DNA of 62,540 nt, the filler included, from the NCBI GenBank assembly GCA_964501035.1. It is 11 parts of 11 records of this genome, joined end to end, with 100 filler letters (N's around TTAATTAATTAA, not from the genome) between each part and the next. Parts side by side here need not be neighbours in the genome. Positions count along the whole stretch, not along the records: positions 30,504 to 36,050 come from CAZCRK010000080.1; positions 36,151 to 41,616 come from CAZCRK010000081.1; positions 41,717 to 46,992 come from CAZCRK010000082.1; 8 more parts are not named here. One strand, given 5' to 3'. Both the position numbers and the translations under genes were made by a program. The notes below the pieces were generated by a model that saw only the letters and a list, made by a program, of their open reading frames with translations, was not told the origin of the DNA and did no database searches. Shown here piece after piece: positions 31,936 to 43,978 of this stretch (position 1 is its first letter; every line of letters begins with the position of its first letter).

Positions 31936-32692
31936 CAAATACTATTATTTCTTAAAATTTGCAGAGGATGAACTCCTTCTTGGATTTAAATCTAAATATA
32001 AGATTAAAAATGACTGGTACCATAAATGGGATCCCAATGAAGAAGGTAAAGGAATATCTGACTTTGCAACTGGTGCTGAAAGAATCGTTTATTCACTTCT
32101 AAATGGGAAAGGTATTGGGCAACCAAATTCAGCACCCATAGGATCTGATTTGTTTTTTGAAGTAGATGACGCTTTTATCCACATTGATTTGAAAACAGTA
32201 CAAACTAGAAACATTGGAGATTATACGGGTGATATTTTTGTTGGGAATAACCAAAATAGCTACAATGGAAAACTGTTAGTTAGTAATAGAGAAAAAATAT
32301 ATGAAGAAGCTGCTCTGCCCCATTTTTACACCTTAGATGATGGTTCCCAAAAAATTTGCTTAACATATTTTATAACTATTCTATATGAAGAACAAAACTT
32401 AGAGATTTTAAATATCAATATTCTAAGTATGCCTAACGNNNNNNNNNNCGGAGCTTTATTCCCAATTTATGATAAAGATGTTTTAAAAGCAGGGAAAGTC
32501 TTATTTCCTGTGGGTAATCCTAAAAGAGACACCCACGCAAAATCTATTCGTTATAATTGGAAAAACAATTTAGATTACAAATTACTTGATAATAATACAA
32601 AAAGAATTAAGGTTGCTTATTTTAATGAAAATATGCCTGCTGAATTTAAAGAAAAACTAGGTTTAATTTCCGATTTGTATAAAGAACAATAA
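31892..32692 (+). CDS. Putative type II restriction endonuclease (PD-(D/E)xK; BglI/SfiI-like by inspection)
   Basis: Overlaps the MTase 3' end; GAE..GSDLFF..IHIDLKT..NQNSY catalytic-type motifs. Confidence 0.75.
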   Translation: MERKDIEKLEQKYLNKYYYFLKFAEDELLLGFKSKYKIKNDWYHKWDPNEEGKGISDFATGAERIVYSLLNGKGIGQPNSAPIGSDLFFEVDDAFIHIDLKTVQTRNIGDYTGDIFVGNNQNSYNGKLLVSNREKIYEEAALPHFYTLDDGSQKICLTYFITILYEEQNLEILNINILSMPNXXXXGALFPIYDKDVLKAGKVLFPVGNPKRDTHAKSIRYNWKNNLDYKLLDNNTKRIKVAYFNENMPAEFKEKLGLISDLYKEQ

Positions 32693-32701
32693 AGCACGAA
32701 A

Positions 32702-32833
32702 GCCCAACATTTTGTATAAGTAATGGCAGGTGATATACTAAATATCAAGGTTTGTAGCTCGTTCAAACAACTTAGCGGTTTGACGGGAAATTACCACGAA
32801 ATCTGCCACTACTCATACAATTTTCCGTTATTC
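32702..32833 (+). other. attC-like recombination site (~130 bp)
   Basis: GCCCAAC, arm TTGTATAAGTAATGGCAG (32712-32729) pairing with CTGCCACTACTCATACAA (32803-32820, 16/18), inner TCAAAC/GTTTGA stem, terminal GTT. Confidence 0.7.
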
Positions 32834-34030
32834 CCCTATCAACTCTCCATTTTTCATGACATTTAGGATTCGAGCTGAGTTAAGCCAATACGGTATCTCT
32901 TCAAGACAGTTAATTTCCCAAAATATCAAATCTGCTTTATATCCTTCTTGTATGAGTCCAGTATTAGATTCCAATTTTAGAGATTTGGCAGAATTATATG
33001 TTGATGCAATAAATGCTTCATCTACTGAAAGTCCGCAATATTGAGTTGCCAAAAACATAACCATTGGTATTGATTGTAGGGTACAAGAACCCGGATTAAA
33101 GTCAGTAGCAAGAGCTATATCACAACCAGCATCAATCATCTTTTTACCATTAGCATAAGTATCTTTACCCAAAAAGAATGTTGTTCCAGGCAATAAAGTA
33201 GCTATTACATTTTCCTGAGCTAAAGATTTTATTCCAATATCACTTACTGCCATTAAATGATCTGCAGAAACAGCACCAATTTCACCCGCAAGTTCTGCTG
33301 CTCCTGAATCGATAAATTCATCTGCATGAAGACGTGGTAGTAAGCCAAAAGATATTGCTGTTTCTAATATTCTTCGAGATTGTTTCACAGTAAAATATCC
33401 AATTTCACAAAACACATCACAAAAGACCGCCAATTTTTCTTCAGCAACTTGCGGAATCATTTCATTGCAAATTAAATCAATATAACCATTCGTATTATTT
33501 TTAAATTCGGGTGGAAAATCGTGCGCACCTAAAAATGTTGGAATGATATCTAATGAAGATGCTTCATTCATGCGTTTAATTACTCTTAGAGACTTTAACT
33601 CATCTTCAACGGTTAAACCATATCCAGATTTTGCTTCAATTGTAGTTGTTCCATGTCCCAAAAAGAAATTTACTCTTTCGATGGATTCATCAAAAAGTTG
33701 ATCTTCAGTAGCATTTCTCACTCCATTTATGGATGAAACAATTCCACCACCAGCATCTGCAATTTCTTCGTATGTTTTACCAGAAACTCGCATTTTAAAC
33801 TCACTTGCTCGGTTTCCATAAAAAACTGGATGTGTATGTGAATCTACAAAACCAGGAGTGAGTAATGCACCATCAGAATTGATTTCAATTTCAGCATCGT
33901 TTACACTTGGAGAAATCTCAATTATATGACCATCATCAATTAGAATTTCAGCATCAGAAATCGATTGCACTTCTTTAGTTTGAGGTGAATAAGTTACAAT
34001 TGAACCAATATTAGTAATTTTAGTTTTCAT
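32828..34030 (-). CDS. hutI: Imidazolonepropionase
   Basis: [30 protein letters not shown]. Confidence 0.97.
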   Translation of the reverse strand: MKTKITNIGSIVTYSPQTKEVQSISDAEILIDDGHIIEISPSVNDAEIEINSDGALLTPGFVDSHTHPVFYGNRASEFKMRVSGKTYEEIADAGGGIVSSINGVRNATEDQLFDESIERVNFFLGHGTTTIEAKSGYGLTVEDELKSLRVIKRMNEASSLDIIPTFLGAHDFPPEFKNNTNGYIDLICNEMIPQVAEEKLAVFCDVFCEIGYFTVKQSRRILETAISFGLLPRLHADEFIDSGAAELAGEIGAVSADHLMAVSDIGIKSLAQENVIATLLPGTTFFLGKDTYANGKKMIDAGCDIALATDFNPGSCTLQSIPMVMFLATQYCGLSVDEAFIASTYNSAKSLKLESNTGLIQEGYKADLIFWEINCLEEIPYWLNSARILNVMKNGELIGE

Positions 34031-35685
34031 TTTTTCATTGGAATATTAAGAATTCTATCTTTAGCAACATTAATTGCTCTTTCATATCCTGCATCAGCAT
34101 GACGTGCTACTCCCATACCAGGGTCATTGGTTAACACACGATTTAATCGCTCTTTCATCTCTTGAGTTCCATCAGCTACAATAACAACACCTGAGTGAAT
34201 TGCAAGTCCCATTCCTACACCACCGCCATGATGAAGGGATGTCCAACTTGTTCCGCCTGTTGTACTCAACAGTGCATTTAAAATAGGCCAGTCAGCAACT
34301 GCATCAGAACCATCTTTCATTGCTTCAGTTTCACGATTAGGTGACGCTACTGACCCTGCATCAAGATGATCACGTCCAATAACTATTGGAGCTTTCAACT
34401 CTCCGGAGGCAACCATATCGTTAATTGCTTCGCCAAACAGATTTCGTTCTCTGTATCCCAACCAACAAATACGAGATGGTAATCCTTGAAATTGTACTTT
34501 TTCTTGTGCCATGTTAATCCATCTATGAAGTGCTTTATCTTCAGGAAACAACTCAAGTACTTTTGCATCGGTTTTATAAATATCTTCTGGGTCTCCAGAT
34601 AATGCTACCCACCTAAATGGACCTTTGCCATCGCAAAATAAGGGGCGAATATATGCTGGAACAAACCCGGGAAAATCAAACGCATTTTCTATTCCTCCAT
34701 GTTCTTTAGCTTGGCCACGTAAATTATTTCCATAATCAAAAACGACGGATCCCATCTTTTGCAAATCCAACATTGCCTGACAATGTACAGCCATTGATTT
34801 ATATGACATTTCAATATATTTATCTGGATTTGATACACGTAATTGTGTTGCTTCTTCAAATGAAATTCCATGAGGTATATACCCAACAAGCTCATCATGA
34901 GCTGATGTTTGATCTGTTACAATATCTGGTACAATTCCACGTTTTACAAATTCAGGGAGAACATCCGCGGTATTACCTAACAAACCAATTGATAATGCTT
35001 CACCTTTTGCTTTTGCATCAAAAGCTAACTTTATTGCTTCATCGATGTCATTGGTGGATCTATCTAAGTAACGTGTTTCTAAGCGTCTTTTAATGCTGTG
35101 AGGGTCAATTTCGACAGTTATATTCACACCTTCATTCATTGTAACAGCCAAAGGTTGTGCGCCACCCATTCCACCCAATCCACCTGTTAAAGTGAGTGTA
35201 CCTTTTAAGGAACCATTAAAATTTTGCTGAGCAACTTCAGCCAACGTTTCATACGTGCCTTGAAGAATTCCTTGAGTGCCAATATAAATCCATGAACCTG
35301 CTGTCATTTGACCGTACATCATCAACCCTTTTTTATCTAATTCCCGGAAATGATTCCAGTTTGCCCAATTTGGCACTAACATTGAATTAGAGATGAGTAC
35401 ACGAGGAGAATGTTCATGGGTTTTGAATACTGCGACTGGTTTCCCTGATTGGATTAAAAGCGTTTCATCATTTTCTAATGTTTTTAATGTTTCTAAAATT
35501 GAATCAAAACAATCCCAATTTCGAGCTGCTTTTCCTAGCCCACCATACACAATGAGTTCATTTGGGTTTTCTGCCACATCAGGATCTAAATTATTTTGAA
35601 TCATTCTATAGGCAGCTTCTTGATGCCATCCTTTACAATGTAATGTGCTCCCAGTTGGAGCTTTCACGATTCGTGAATTAGCCAT
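34027..35685 (-). CDS. hutU: Urocanate hydratase
   Basis: [39 protein letters not shown]. Confidence 0.99.
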   Translation of the reverse strand: MANSRIVKAPTGSTLHCKGWHQEAAYRMIQNNLDPDVAENPNELIVYGGLGKAARNWDCFDSILETLKTLENDETLLIQSGKPVAVFKTHEHSPRVLISNSMLVPNWANWNHFRELDKKGLMMYGQMTAGSWIYIGTQGILQGTYETLAEVAQQNFNGSLKGTLTLTGGLGGMGGAQPLAVTMNEGVNITVEIDPHSIKRRLETRYLDRSTNDIDEAIKLAFDAKAKGEALSIGLLGNTADVLPEFVKRGIVPDIVTDQTSAHDELVGYIPHGISFEEATQLRVSNPDKYIEMSYKSMAVHCQAMLDLQKMGSVVFDYGNNLRGQAKEHGGIENAFDFPGFVPAYIRPLFCDGKGPFRWVALSGDPEDIYKTDAKVLELFPEDKALHRWINMAQEKVQFQGLPSRICWLGYRERNLFGEAINDMVASGELKAPIVIGRDHLDAGSVASPNRETEAMKDGSDAVADWPILNALLSTTGGTSWTSLHHGGGVGMGLAIHSGVVIVADGTQEMKERLNRVLTNDPGMGVARHADAGYERAINVAKDRILNIPMKK

Positions 35686-35763
35686 GTTGGTTCCTCAATT
35701 AATAATAAATAGAAAAAATGTAATCTCTGATAATTTACAGGGTTTTAGACTTTTGGGACTATA

Positions 35764-36050
35764 TTAATATTCGAAAGGATAACCCAGTGCATCATTCACG
35801 GGTTGAAACCAATCTAAGTTATATTTATGTGAATCATATGAAAAAATACTCACTCCTCTAAATCCATTAAGGCGAGTTAATAATACTTTATCTGCTGAAG
35901 ATTGAGCATCTTGATTATATGTTGCAATTCCCATAATGATTTTATCTTTATCTTCAGGTGATAAATTGTTTTTCATTAAATCAATACATGTATTGAAATA
36001 ATTAATATCTTTGAAATAATTCATAGGCACTGCAAAATCAAGTAACCCTG
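35764..36050 (-). CDS. C-terminal fragment of a TIM-barrel glycoside hydrolase-like protein (GHL10/DUF187-like)
   Basis: GLLDFAVPMNY..GIATYN..GVSIFSYD; truncated by linker. Confidence 0.55.
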
Positions 36051-36150
36051 NNNNNNNNNNNNNNNNNNNNNNNNNNNNNNNNNNNNNNNNNNNNTTAATT
36101 AATTAANNNNNNNNNNNNNNNNNNNNNNNNNNNNNNNNNNNNNNNNNNNN

Positions 36151-36245
36151 CCATCTCCATACTTCATTTCGTATGTAATATTGACATCTGCTTGCGCAAG
36201 CAAACAGGAAATAGCAATTAAACCAAACAAAATTCTATTTTTCAA
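36151..36245 (-). CDS. N-terminus of a secreted/outer-membrane protein, truncated
   Basis: TTG start overlapping the TlpA stop: MKNRILFGLIAISCLLAQADVNITYEMKYGDG. Confidence 0.55.
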
Positions 36246-36762
36246 TAGGTGAATCCTCAACTTTTCCTTCAAGTTTATTCAATCCTAAAATCTCAACAAT
36301 TTCTTTTTCTAATCCTATTTCATCCCCAGGGTTATATCCAACATGGCGTTTCAAAATAGTACCTTTAGAATCTACAATTAATATATACGGCATCACATTT
36401 CCACCCACTTTTCTAAATGCAGATGACTTAGGGTCAGACAATACAGTAAATGAATATTTCTGAGATTTTACGTATGCTTTCACTTTGGACATACTTCTTG
36501 GAGTATCCATGTTTATACTAACAATCTGAAATCCATTTTCAGCATATTTTTCAGCAAATTTGTTCAAATGTTTCATTTCTTTTTTGCACGGTTCACATGA
36601 CAATGTCCAAAAATTTAACAAAATAGGTCCTTTGGAATAAAAATCTGCCAGTTCAACTCGTTTTTTATTCAAATCCTTTAATTTTAAAGTGGGTAATTTT
36701 GAATCTTCTGCAATCAAACTTGTAGTAAGAAACATTGCAATAATAAGTAAAATTTTCTTCAT
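36235..36762 (-). CDS. TlpA/ResA-family thiol-disulfide oxidoreductase
   Basis: Signal peptide; LLNFWTLSCEPCKKEM. Confidence 0.92.
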   Translation of the reverse strand: MKKILLIIAMFLTTSLIAEDSKLPTLKLKDLNKKRVELADFYSKGPILLNFWTLSCEPCKKEMKHLNKFAEKYAENGFQIVSINMDTPRSMSKVKAYVKSQKYSFTVLSDPKSSAFRKVGGNVMPYILIVDSKGTILKRHVGYNPGDEIGLEKEIVEILGLNKLEGKVEDSPIEK

Positions 36763-36817
36763 TTCAATTCCTTTAACATATTTTAATAGGGGTAAAATTA
36801 CGCAATTATAGGTGTTT

Positions 36818-38095
36818 TTATTTGTTACTAAGTGTAACAGTTAAGTAAGTATCTAAATCTGATTCGTGAAAGAATTTGACTGTCATTTTAGTATAGTCTT
36901 CTAGGGTAGGTAAATCCATATTTAGAGAATAATCTGCTAAAATTGTTGACGTATCAATTGTTACTTGAATATTGTCTGGTCCGGGAGTAATTGCCAATAA
37001 AGGTGTAAACTTATGTTGGCGAGAAAATGAAACATTATGGGGAGTTAAATAGTCATATTTTTTCTCCCACGAATCCAAAATTATGGATTGAAGGGCTCCA
37101 CTTTTGGAAGAAAACATAATAAGCGGAATCACTTGATATTCCATGAGAGATAATTTATCTAATAGTATGTCATCAAACAAAAATTCTTCATTTGAAAATT
37201 GAAGGATAACGACTCCATTTTTGTTATCAAATTTTGAATGGGGTAAAGTCGTTAATAAATCTTGAATTAAATTACTTTTTACCGAATATTCTACGGGAAC
37301 ATTCAACTGTGCCATTGTATCATCAAACGGATCAAGTTCGGCTTCTAACTCGCCAATTTCAACATTATAAGGATTTACAAGAATTTGATTTAATAAAGTG
37401 ATTAACTGTTCTGTATTTTTTTCAATAGATGGGTAAGTTGGTTCAACCAAATCTTTTACATCAAAATCTCTATAATATCTATCTCCATATTGACCCCTGT
37501 CATTGGATGGATGGTTAATTGAAATATGAAAGTCAGCTTCAGCGGCCAAATTATCCAAAGCATGTACAATTGTTTGACGAGGTAAATTAGGTTCAATTTC
37601 TGTTTCGGTTGGTTGCGTTTCACGCTTGCTTATTCCCGAAGATTGGTCATCTCCGTCATCTATTAAATACGGATTCAAACTCTCTTCAATGGAAAACACC
37701 ATAGCGTTATGGATACATATTAAATCTTTATCCTGGCATGAGTACGATCGTTTCTCTAAAACGTCCCATGTATTGATATCTAATATTTCATACAAAACAA
37801 TAATTTCAGTACCATCAACTGTGAACTGACCATTAACTAAAAGTCCGCTGATTTTTTCTGTCTTGGGAGATTTAAAAAATGGAAAAAGTTCGCCAGCATA
37901 CGAAATAGTGATATCCTGTCTGAATGCAAAATTTTCCTTTATGAGGTCTGGTAAAGATTGCTGGAGATGACTAAACTCACTATTATTACTCACGTTTTCA
38001 AATTCCATCAATAATAAATTGGAATAGGATTTCCCAAACAAGGTTCCAAAATTGAGTAAAATTACTGAAATAAGTGTAAAATGCCGTAAAAACAT
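36818..38095 (-). CDS. Hypothetical secreted protein
   Basis: 425-aa ORF with signal peptide; N-terminal FENVS..LPDLI resembles TolB-N/CsgG-like domains (weak). Confidence 0.7.
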   Translation of the reverse strand: MFLRHFTLISVILLNFGTLFGKSYSNLLLMEFENVSNNSEFSHLQQSLPDLIKENFAFRQDITISYAGELFPFFKSPKTEKISGLLVNGQFTVDGTEIIVLYEILDINTWDVLEKRSYSCQDKDLICIHNAMVFSIEESLNPYLIDDGDDQSSGISKRETQPTETEIEPNLPRQTIVHALDNLAAEADFHISINHPSNDRGQYGDRYYRDFDVKDLVEPTYPSIEKNTEQLITLLNQILVNPYNVEIGELEAELDPFDDTMAQLNVPVEYSVKSNLIQDLLTTLPHSKFDNKNGVVILQFSNEEFLFDDILLDKLSLMEYQVIPLIMFSSKSGALQSIILDSWEKKYDYLTPHNVSFSRQHKFTPLLAITPGPDNIQVTIDTSTILADYSLNMDLPTLEDYTKMTVKFFHESDLDTYLTVTLSNK

Positions 38096-38146
38096 TGGTG
38101 AGAATCTAAAACATATTCAGCATTTTTTCAGCAGATTTTTTGTAAA

Positions 38147-38178
38147 AATAATGACGGGCTAAACAGCCCGTCATTATT
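38147..38178 (-). terminator. Rho-independent terminator
   Basis: AATAATGACGGGCT-AAAC-AGCCCGTCATTATT perfect 14-bp stem with T-run on the minus strand, 27 nt after the stop at 38205. Confidence 0.88.
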
Positions 38179-38204
38179 ACAATTATTAAACATTTCAATT
38201 TTGT

Positions 38205-41200
38205 TTATTTTAATAACATTATCTTTTGAATCTGCATTGAACTCGCAGATTGTAATCGAACAAAATAAATTCCACTTGGTTGCAGTTTTGCATCCCACAT
38301 CATTTCATAGTAGCCAGCGTCCACTAATCCATCTACCAGAGTTTCTACAAGTTGACCCTGTACATTGTAAATTTGAAGTGATACACGACTTTGTGTTTCA
38401 GTTGAATAATGTATTGTCGTTACTGGGTTAAATGGATTTGGATACACAGAATTTAAATTAACATCATATGGTAAGGTGTTGGCTTCATCTGTCAAACTAT
38501 TAACAAACAATACTGTGTTATTTTCCCAAGAAGGTACATTACCTACTAAATCAATGAGTTCACCTGTAGTTTCTTTAATAAGTTTGAAAGATGGAGTTTC
38601 TCCTTCTGTACAATACCCTACTGAATAAAATTGATTATCTGAACCCATTGAAGGAACATCAGTATTATTTCCATTCCACTCTCTTATACCTACAATTACA
38701 TCACCATTATATGCTACAATCCAATCCCCCTCTTCAGCAATATCAATTGATTCAATCATGTAAAACGCACATTTTGAGGATTGTGCAACTTCAAATCCAG
38801 AAGGAACTGTTTTTTCCACCTTAGAACGTGAAAAACTGGGTGCATTATAACTAAATGAAATATCTTCATTTGATTTAAACCAATATCCATTTCCTGGAAT
38901 AAAATGTGTTAAGCTACCAACCCAGTCACCATCTATCAGAATAGAAACTTCATTTTGTGACATCACACTATATATTGTTCCAACTACATCAGATGGAAGT
39001 GCATCTTGAATAGCAGAAGAAACATTGAATGGATATGAAAGTAAATTAGCTCCATATTGCAATTCATACTCTCCAGGATCAGTTGGATTTCCTTCAATAG
39101 TTAAAACATCACTTTCATTGAGTAATAACCAATAACCCGACCATTGATCTACAGATGTTAAACTACCAATCCACAGCCCATCATCAGTATATTGAGTTGC
39201 ATTACTTTCTCCAATAACACTGAATACATTTCCAGCAATTGGTTCTAAAATGTTAACAATTGTAGGCTCTTCAGGTAAAACATTGAAGCTTACCAAATTG
39301 GCTGCCATATCTAATGCTAATTCTTGAGTAAATGTGTAATCACAGCAATCATCACATGATATTATTGCTTCAGGGTCAAAGTTAACTGCTTCGGGATCTG
39401 TACAACCAGTACATGTGGAATTATCACCTTCACAAATCCCACAGTCGTCAAGTTCTGCAGAGCCACCCCAGTCTCCATTACAATCTTGAATACAGTCGTT
39501 ATCAGGGTCATCATCACAAACTCCACAGTTATCAGTGTATCCAGAACCAAAACAAACTCCACATTCATCCATGTCTGAATTATTTCCATCACATACACCG
39601 CAATCATCTATTTCGGCATCACCAAAACAAACTCCTGCACAATCCATGTCAGCATTTCCACCTTCACAGACTCCANNNNNNNNNNNNNNNNNNNNNNNNN
39701 NNNNNNNNNNNNNNNNNNNNNNNNNNNNNNNNNNNNNNNNNNNNNNNNNNNNNNNNNNNNNNNNNNNNNNNNNNNTGTCAGCATTTCCACCTTCACAGAC
39801 TCCACAGTCGTCAAGTTCTGCAGAGCCACCAAGTTCGCCAAAACAATCTGGATAAACATTGAGTGTTTCAGCTACATATTGAGTGTTTTCTGACCACGGA
39901 TACTCTTCTGAGGCAATTGCATTGTAAAACTCATTTTCTGAAGCATCATAAACTATAAATGTAGGAATATCGCCGTCGTTCATATATCCTTCTGAATACA
40001 ATTCACCATCATCACCCATTACTGGAACTTCGCACACATTTCCTTCACATTGTGAGGTATCCCATTTTCGTGAACCTACACATATATCACCATTAAATGC
40101 ACCAACCCAATCATCGCCTGAAAGTGGTGTTCCATCAATACTGGCAATATTAAAAAAGTAAAATGCTTGTTGGGTAGATTGAGTATATTGAAACAACTCT
40201 GGTGGTGAATCTTCTTCATATATGCAAGATCCATCATCAATAGTGGCTTCATTATCAAAGTTAATTGCAGTTGGGTCAGTACAACCAAAGCAGTCATTTT
40301 CACCAAAGCAAACACCGCATTCATCTATATCTGCATTGTTGCCATCACATACCCCACATTCATCTAGTTCAGACGAACCTCCGCATTCACCATTACAATC
40401 AATTTCTACGATACAGTTTCCATCACAATCATAATTTTCTTCAGGGTATTCACAACAATTATCACATTCTGCAGTTGCATCAGCATCGTAATTACATGCA
40501 GAATCATCAACACAACCCTCAGCTCCACCCCATGAATCATCTTCAATAAAAAATTCAAATGGAGTAAAGGCATTTCCAACTGTCATATCTGAAACAAAAT
40601 CCAATGTTTCATTTAAGCAATACACTTGATCTGTATTTGCATGGTAATATTTGAAAGTAATGGTTTCTCCAGATGGTTCATTACTAAAAAGCATTAAGTT
40701 AAATACATAATAATTAGTTGGTGGAAACAATAATCCATTTTGTACACCTCTTAATTCATCACCAACGAATCCAGCAAGCAAATCCTCTGAACCACCCACC
40801 ATATTGTCGTTTATATACACAGCTGCAGTCACTGAGCCATTATTTTCAAAATCGGGTGGATTTATCACCCATGTACTTGGATCAGATTCACATTCTGAAG
40901 GTTCACAAGATGAACCATCACCTCCACAAACACCGCATTCATCATCAGTATTTCCATAACAATCACAATCGCCTTCGGGAATATCTTCACATCCACATTC
41001 ATATACAGCACCTGGACCCTCACAAATACCACATTCATCCACTATAGCAGATCCACCACATTCACCACTACAATCTATTTCAACAATGCAATTACCATCA
41101 CAATCATAATTGAATTCTGCGAATTCACATGTTCCATCATCTATTGTTGCCGTATCATCGTAGTTACATGCGTCTAAGTCTGTACATCCGAACACTTCAT

Positions 41201-41616
41201 TTGACCCGCCTGATGAAACACCATGTAATTCAAGCGGTGCAAAACCATTACCAATTGTCATATCTGATATAAACTCATGTGTTTCATCTAAATCAATAAT
41301 TTCAGATCCATTAAAATATTTAAAGTTAAGAGTCTCTCCACTTGTAGCATTTGAATACACCATAATTGGAAAATAATAGTTTCCAGCTGGAGGAAAAAAT
41401 ATGGCTTCTTGTACTCCCCTAATCTCTTCTCCTACAAATGCTGATAGTGTTCCATCTGAAACCACTGCATCATCTATATACACATGTGCGGTTATTGAAC
41501 CGTTGTACTGATAATCTGGTGGGTTAACAATCCAATCAGATATATCATCTGTACCACCATTTCCACCACTCACACCATGTAATTCAAGCGGTGCAAAACC
41601 ATTACCAATTGTCATA
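38205..41616 (-). CDS. Large Cys-rich secreted protein with C-terminal YPNPFNP sorting domain (5' truncated, internal gap)
   Basis: GCTD..ACNYD..AT.DDG.C and DxCGVCxG repeats; repeated W..NPPD..NGS.TA domain; SVYPNPFNPVT..SGIYF..KIMLLK. Confidence 0.88.
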
Positions 41617-41716
41617 NNNNNNNNNNNNNNNNNNNNNNNNNNNNNNNNNNNNNNNNNNNNTTAATTAATTAANNNNNNNNNNNNNNNNNNNNNNNNNNNN
41701 NNNNNNNNNNNNNNNN

Positions 41717-42287
41717 CATGAGTATATTTTTGATTGATAATAGTATCAATTGCAATAGCCGTTTTACCAGTCTGTCTATCACCAATAATTAATTCACGCT
41801 GACCACGACCAATAGGAATCATAGCATCTACAGCTTTTAATCCAGTTTGCAGAGGTTCGGTAACAGGTTTACGTGATAGTACACCCGTTGCTTTTCGTTC
41901 AATTGGTAATGTTTGGCTACTCTTAATATCACCTTTACCATCTACTGCGTGACCAAGAGGATTCACAACACGACCAAGCATTTCTTTTCCAACACTTATT
42001 TCAAGAACTCGGCCTGTACGTTTAACAATATCACCTTCTTTAATAAGTCGGCTATCACCAAACAATACAATACCCACATTATCTTCTTCAAGGTTCATCG
42101 CCATTCCAAAAACACCGTTTGGAAGCTCAACCATTTCAGATGACATTACATTTTCTAAACCATGTACACGAGCAACACCGTCACCCACCATTGTAACTTC
42201 ACCTACTTCAGCTACATCAATGTCAACTTTAAAATCACTTAGTTGTTGTTTCAGTAACGATGCTATTTCGTCAGTTTTAATTTCCAT
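41717..42287 (-). CDS. atpA: ATP synthase F1 alpha, N-terminal part
   Basis: [28 protein letters not shown]. Confidence 0.98.
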
Positions 42288-42305
42288 TAACACTCCATTT
42301 TACAA

Positions 42306-42845
42306 TTAAGTTCGGGTTAACGAACTTCTGAGTTTTTCAAGTTTTGTAGAAACTGAGCCATCCACAATTGTATTTCCAATTCTAAATTTTGCACCACCTA
42401 AAATTTTAGAATCAACAATAGTTTCAGTTTCAATATCCTTGTTTAATTTTGATCCAATTTGTTCTTTAATTGAATTCAGGTCATCTGCAGAAATTGCGGA
42501 AGCAGTTGTTACAGATACCTTGACTTTATCTGATTCAGAATCACATACAAAATGAAACCGTTTCACAATATCTTCAAAAGAGGTTACATCGCCATTTTCA
42601 ATGAGGATTGCAAGAAATTCTCTTTCAAATTCTGTCGTTACAGATGCTAATACAGTATTGATAATTGACAATTTATCAGCCTCTGTAACTCGTTTGGTTA
42701 ACAATAGTAAACGAAACTCAGGAACATGCTTCATAATATCTAGAATTGAATTTAATCTAGTATCAAGTTCATGTAGCTGATTTGTTTCTACTGCAGTTGA
42801 ATATAACGCTTGGGCATATCGCTTAATATTGCGAACATTTTTCAT
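42306..42845 (-). CDS. atpH: ATP synthase F1 delta
   Basis: RYAQAL, ILGG..IGNTIVDGS. Confidence 0.95.
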   Translation of the reverse strand: MKNVRNIKRYAQALYSTAVETNQLHELDTRLNSILDIMKHVPEFRLLLLTKRVTEADKLSIINTVLASVTTEFEREFLAILIENGDVTSFEDIVKRFHFVCDSESDKVKVSVTTASAISADDLNSIKEQIGSKLNKDIETETIVDSKILGGAKFRIGNTIVDGSVSTKLEKLRSSLTRT

Positions 42846-43433
42846 TACGCTTTTCCTATGCCTTCAATTGTATCATCAACTAGTTTACGATTATCTGAAG
42901 AATCCAAGTTTCTTTCAATAATTTTGGAAGCCGCTGATAATGAAATATCAACAACTACCGATTGAATATCTTGAATTGCTTTTGTACGTTCTGCATCAAT
43001 TTGCTCTTTTGCTTTGACAATCATTTCATCGGCGTTTGCTTTAGCGGATGCTTCAATATCTGCTTTCATCCGTTCACCAGCAGCCTTCCCTTCAGCAACA
43101 ATTTGTTGGGCCTCATGTTGAGCTTTTTGAACTTTCTCTTCATAATCTTGAGAAACTTTCTCAGCTTCTTCACGCGCCTTTTCTGCAGCATCTAAAGATT
43201 CACGAATATCAGATTCTCTCTTATCTAGCGTAGCAATTAATGGTGCCCAGGCTTTTGCTTTCAAAATAATGAGGACAATCAGAAATGTAACTATTGTCCA
43301 AAGAAAAATCCCTGGATTTGGTATAATCCAACTGTCTAACCAATTTACCTCATGATGTATAGGTTCTGATGCACCGAATAGAATTGTATTAAATGAGACA
43401 ATCATCGTGAGAAATAAATATCTCATAATCATT
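42845..43433 (-). CDS. atpF: ATP synthase F0 b (start uncertain; N-terminal hydrophobic extension)
   Basis: PGIFLWTIVTFLIVLIIL..AWAP..LDKRE followed by coiled coil. Confidence 0.93.
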
Positions 43434-43447
43434 AATTTTCTCCTCAA

Positions 43448-43690
<243 letters not shown>

Positions 43691-43715
43691 TTATTTAAAA
43701 TATTGCAGTATTCAA

Positions 43716-43958
<243 letters not shown>

Positions 43959-43978
43959 TTATTTATATTATTTTCAAA

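Larger units (their letters stand above)
30552..32830 (+). mobile_element. Integron-like gene cassette carrying a type II R-M system
   Basis: Core GTTGGGC at 30552-30558; exact inverse core GCCCAAC at 32702-32708; long imperfect hairpin ending in GTT at 32827-32829. Confidence 0.7.

Noticed and set aside
39400..41616. DNA repeats (41218-41263 vs 41572-41616; copies flanking the gap at 39676-39775) as DGR or mobile element ends
   Set aside because: In-frame domain repeats within a Cys-rich protein; no adenine-specific variation and no reverse transcriptase; they explain the assembly breaks.
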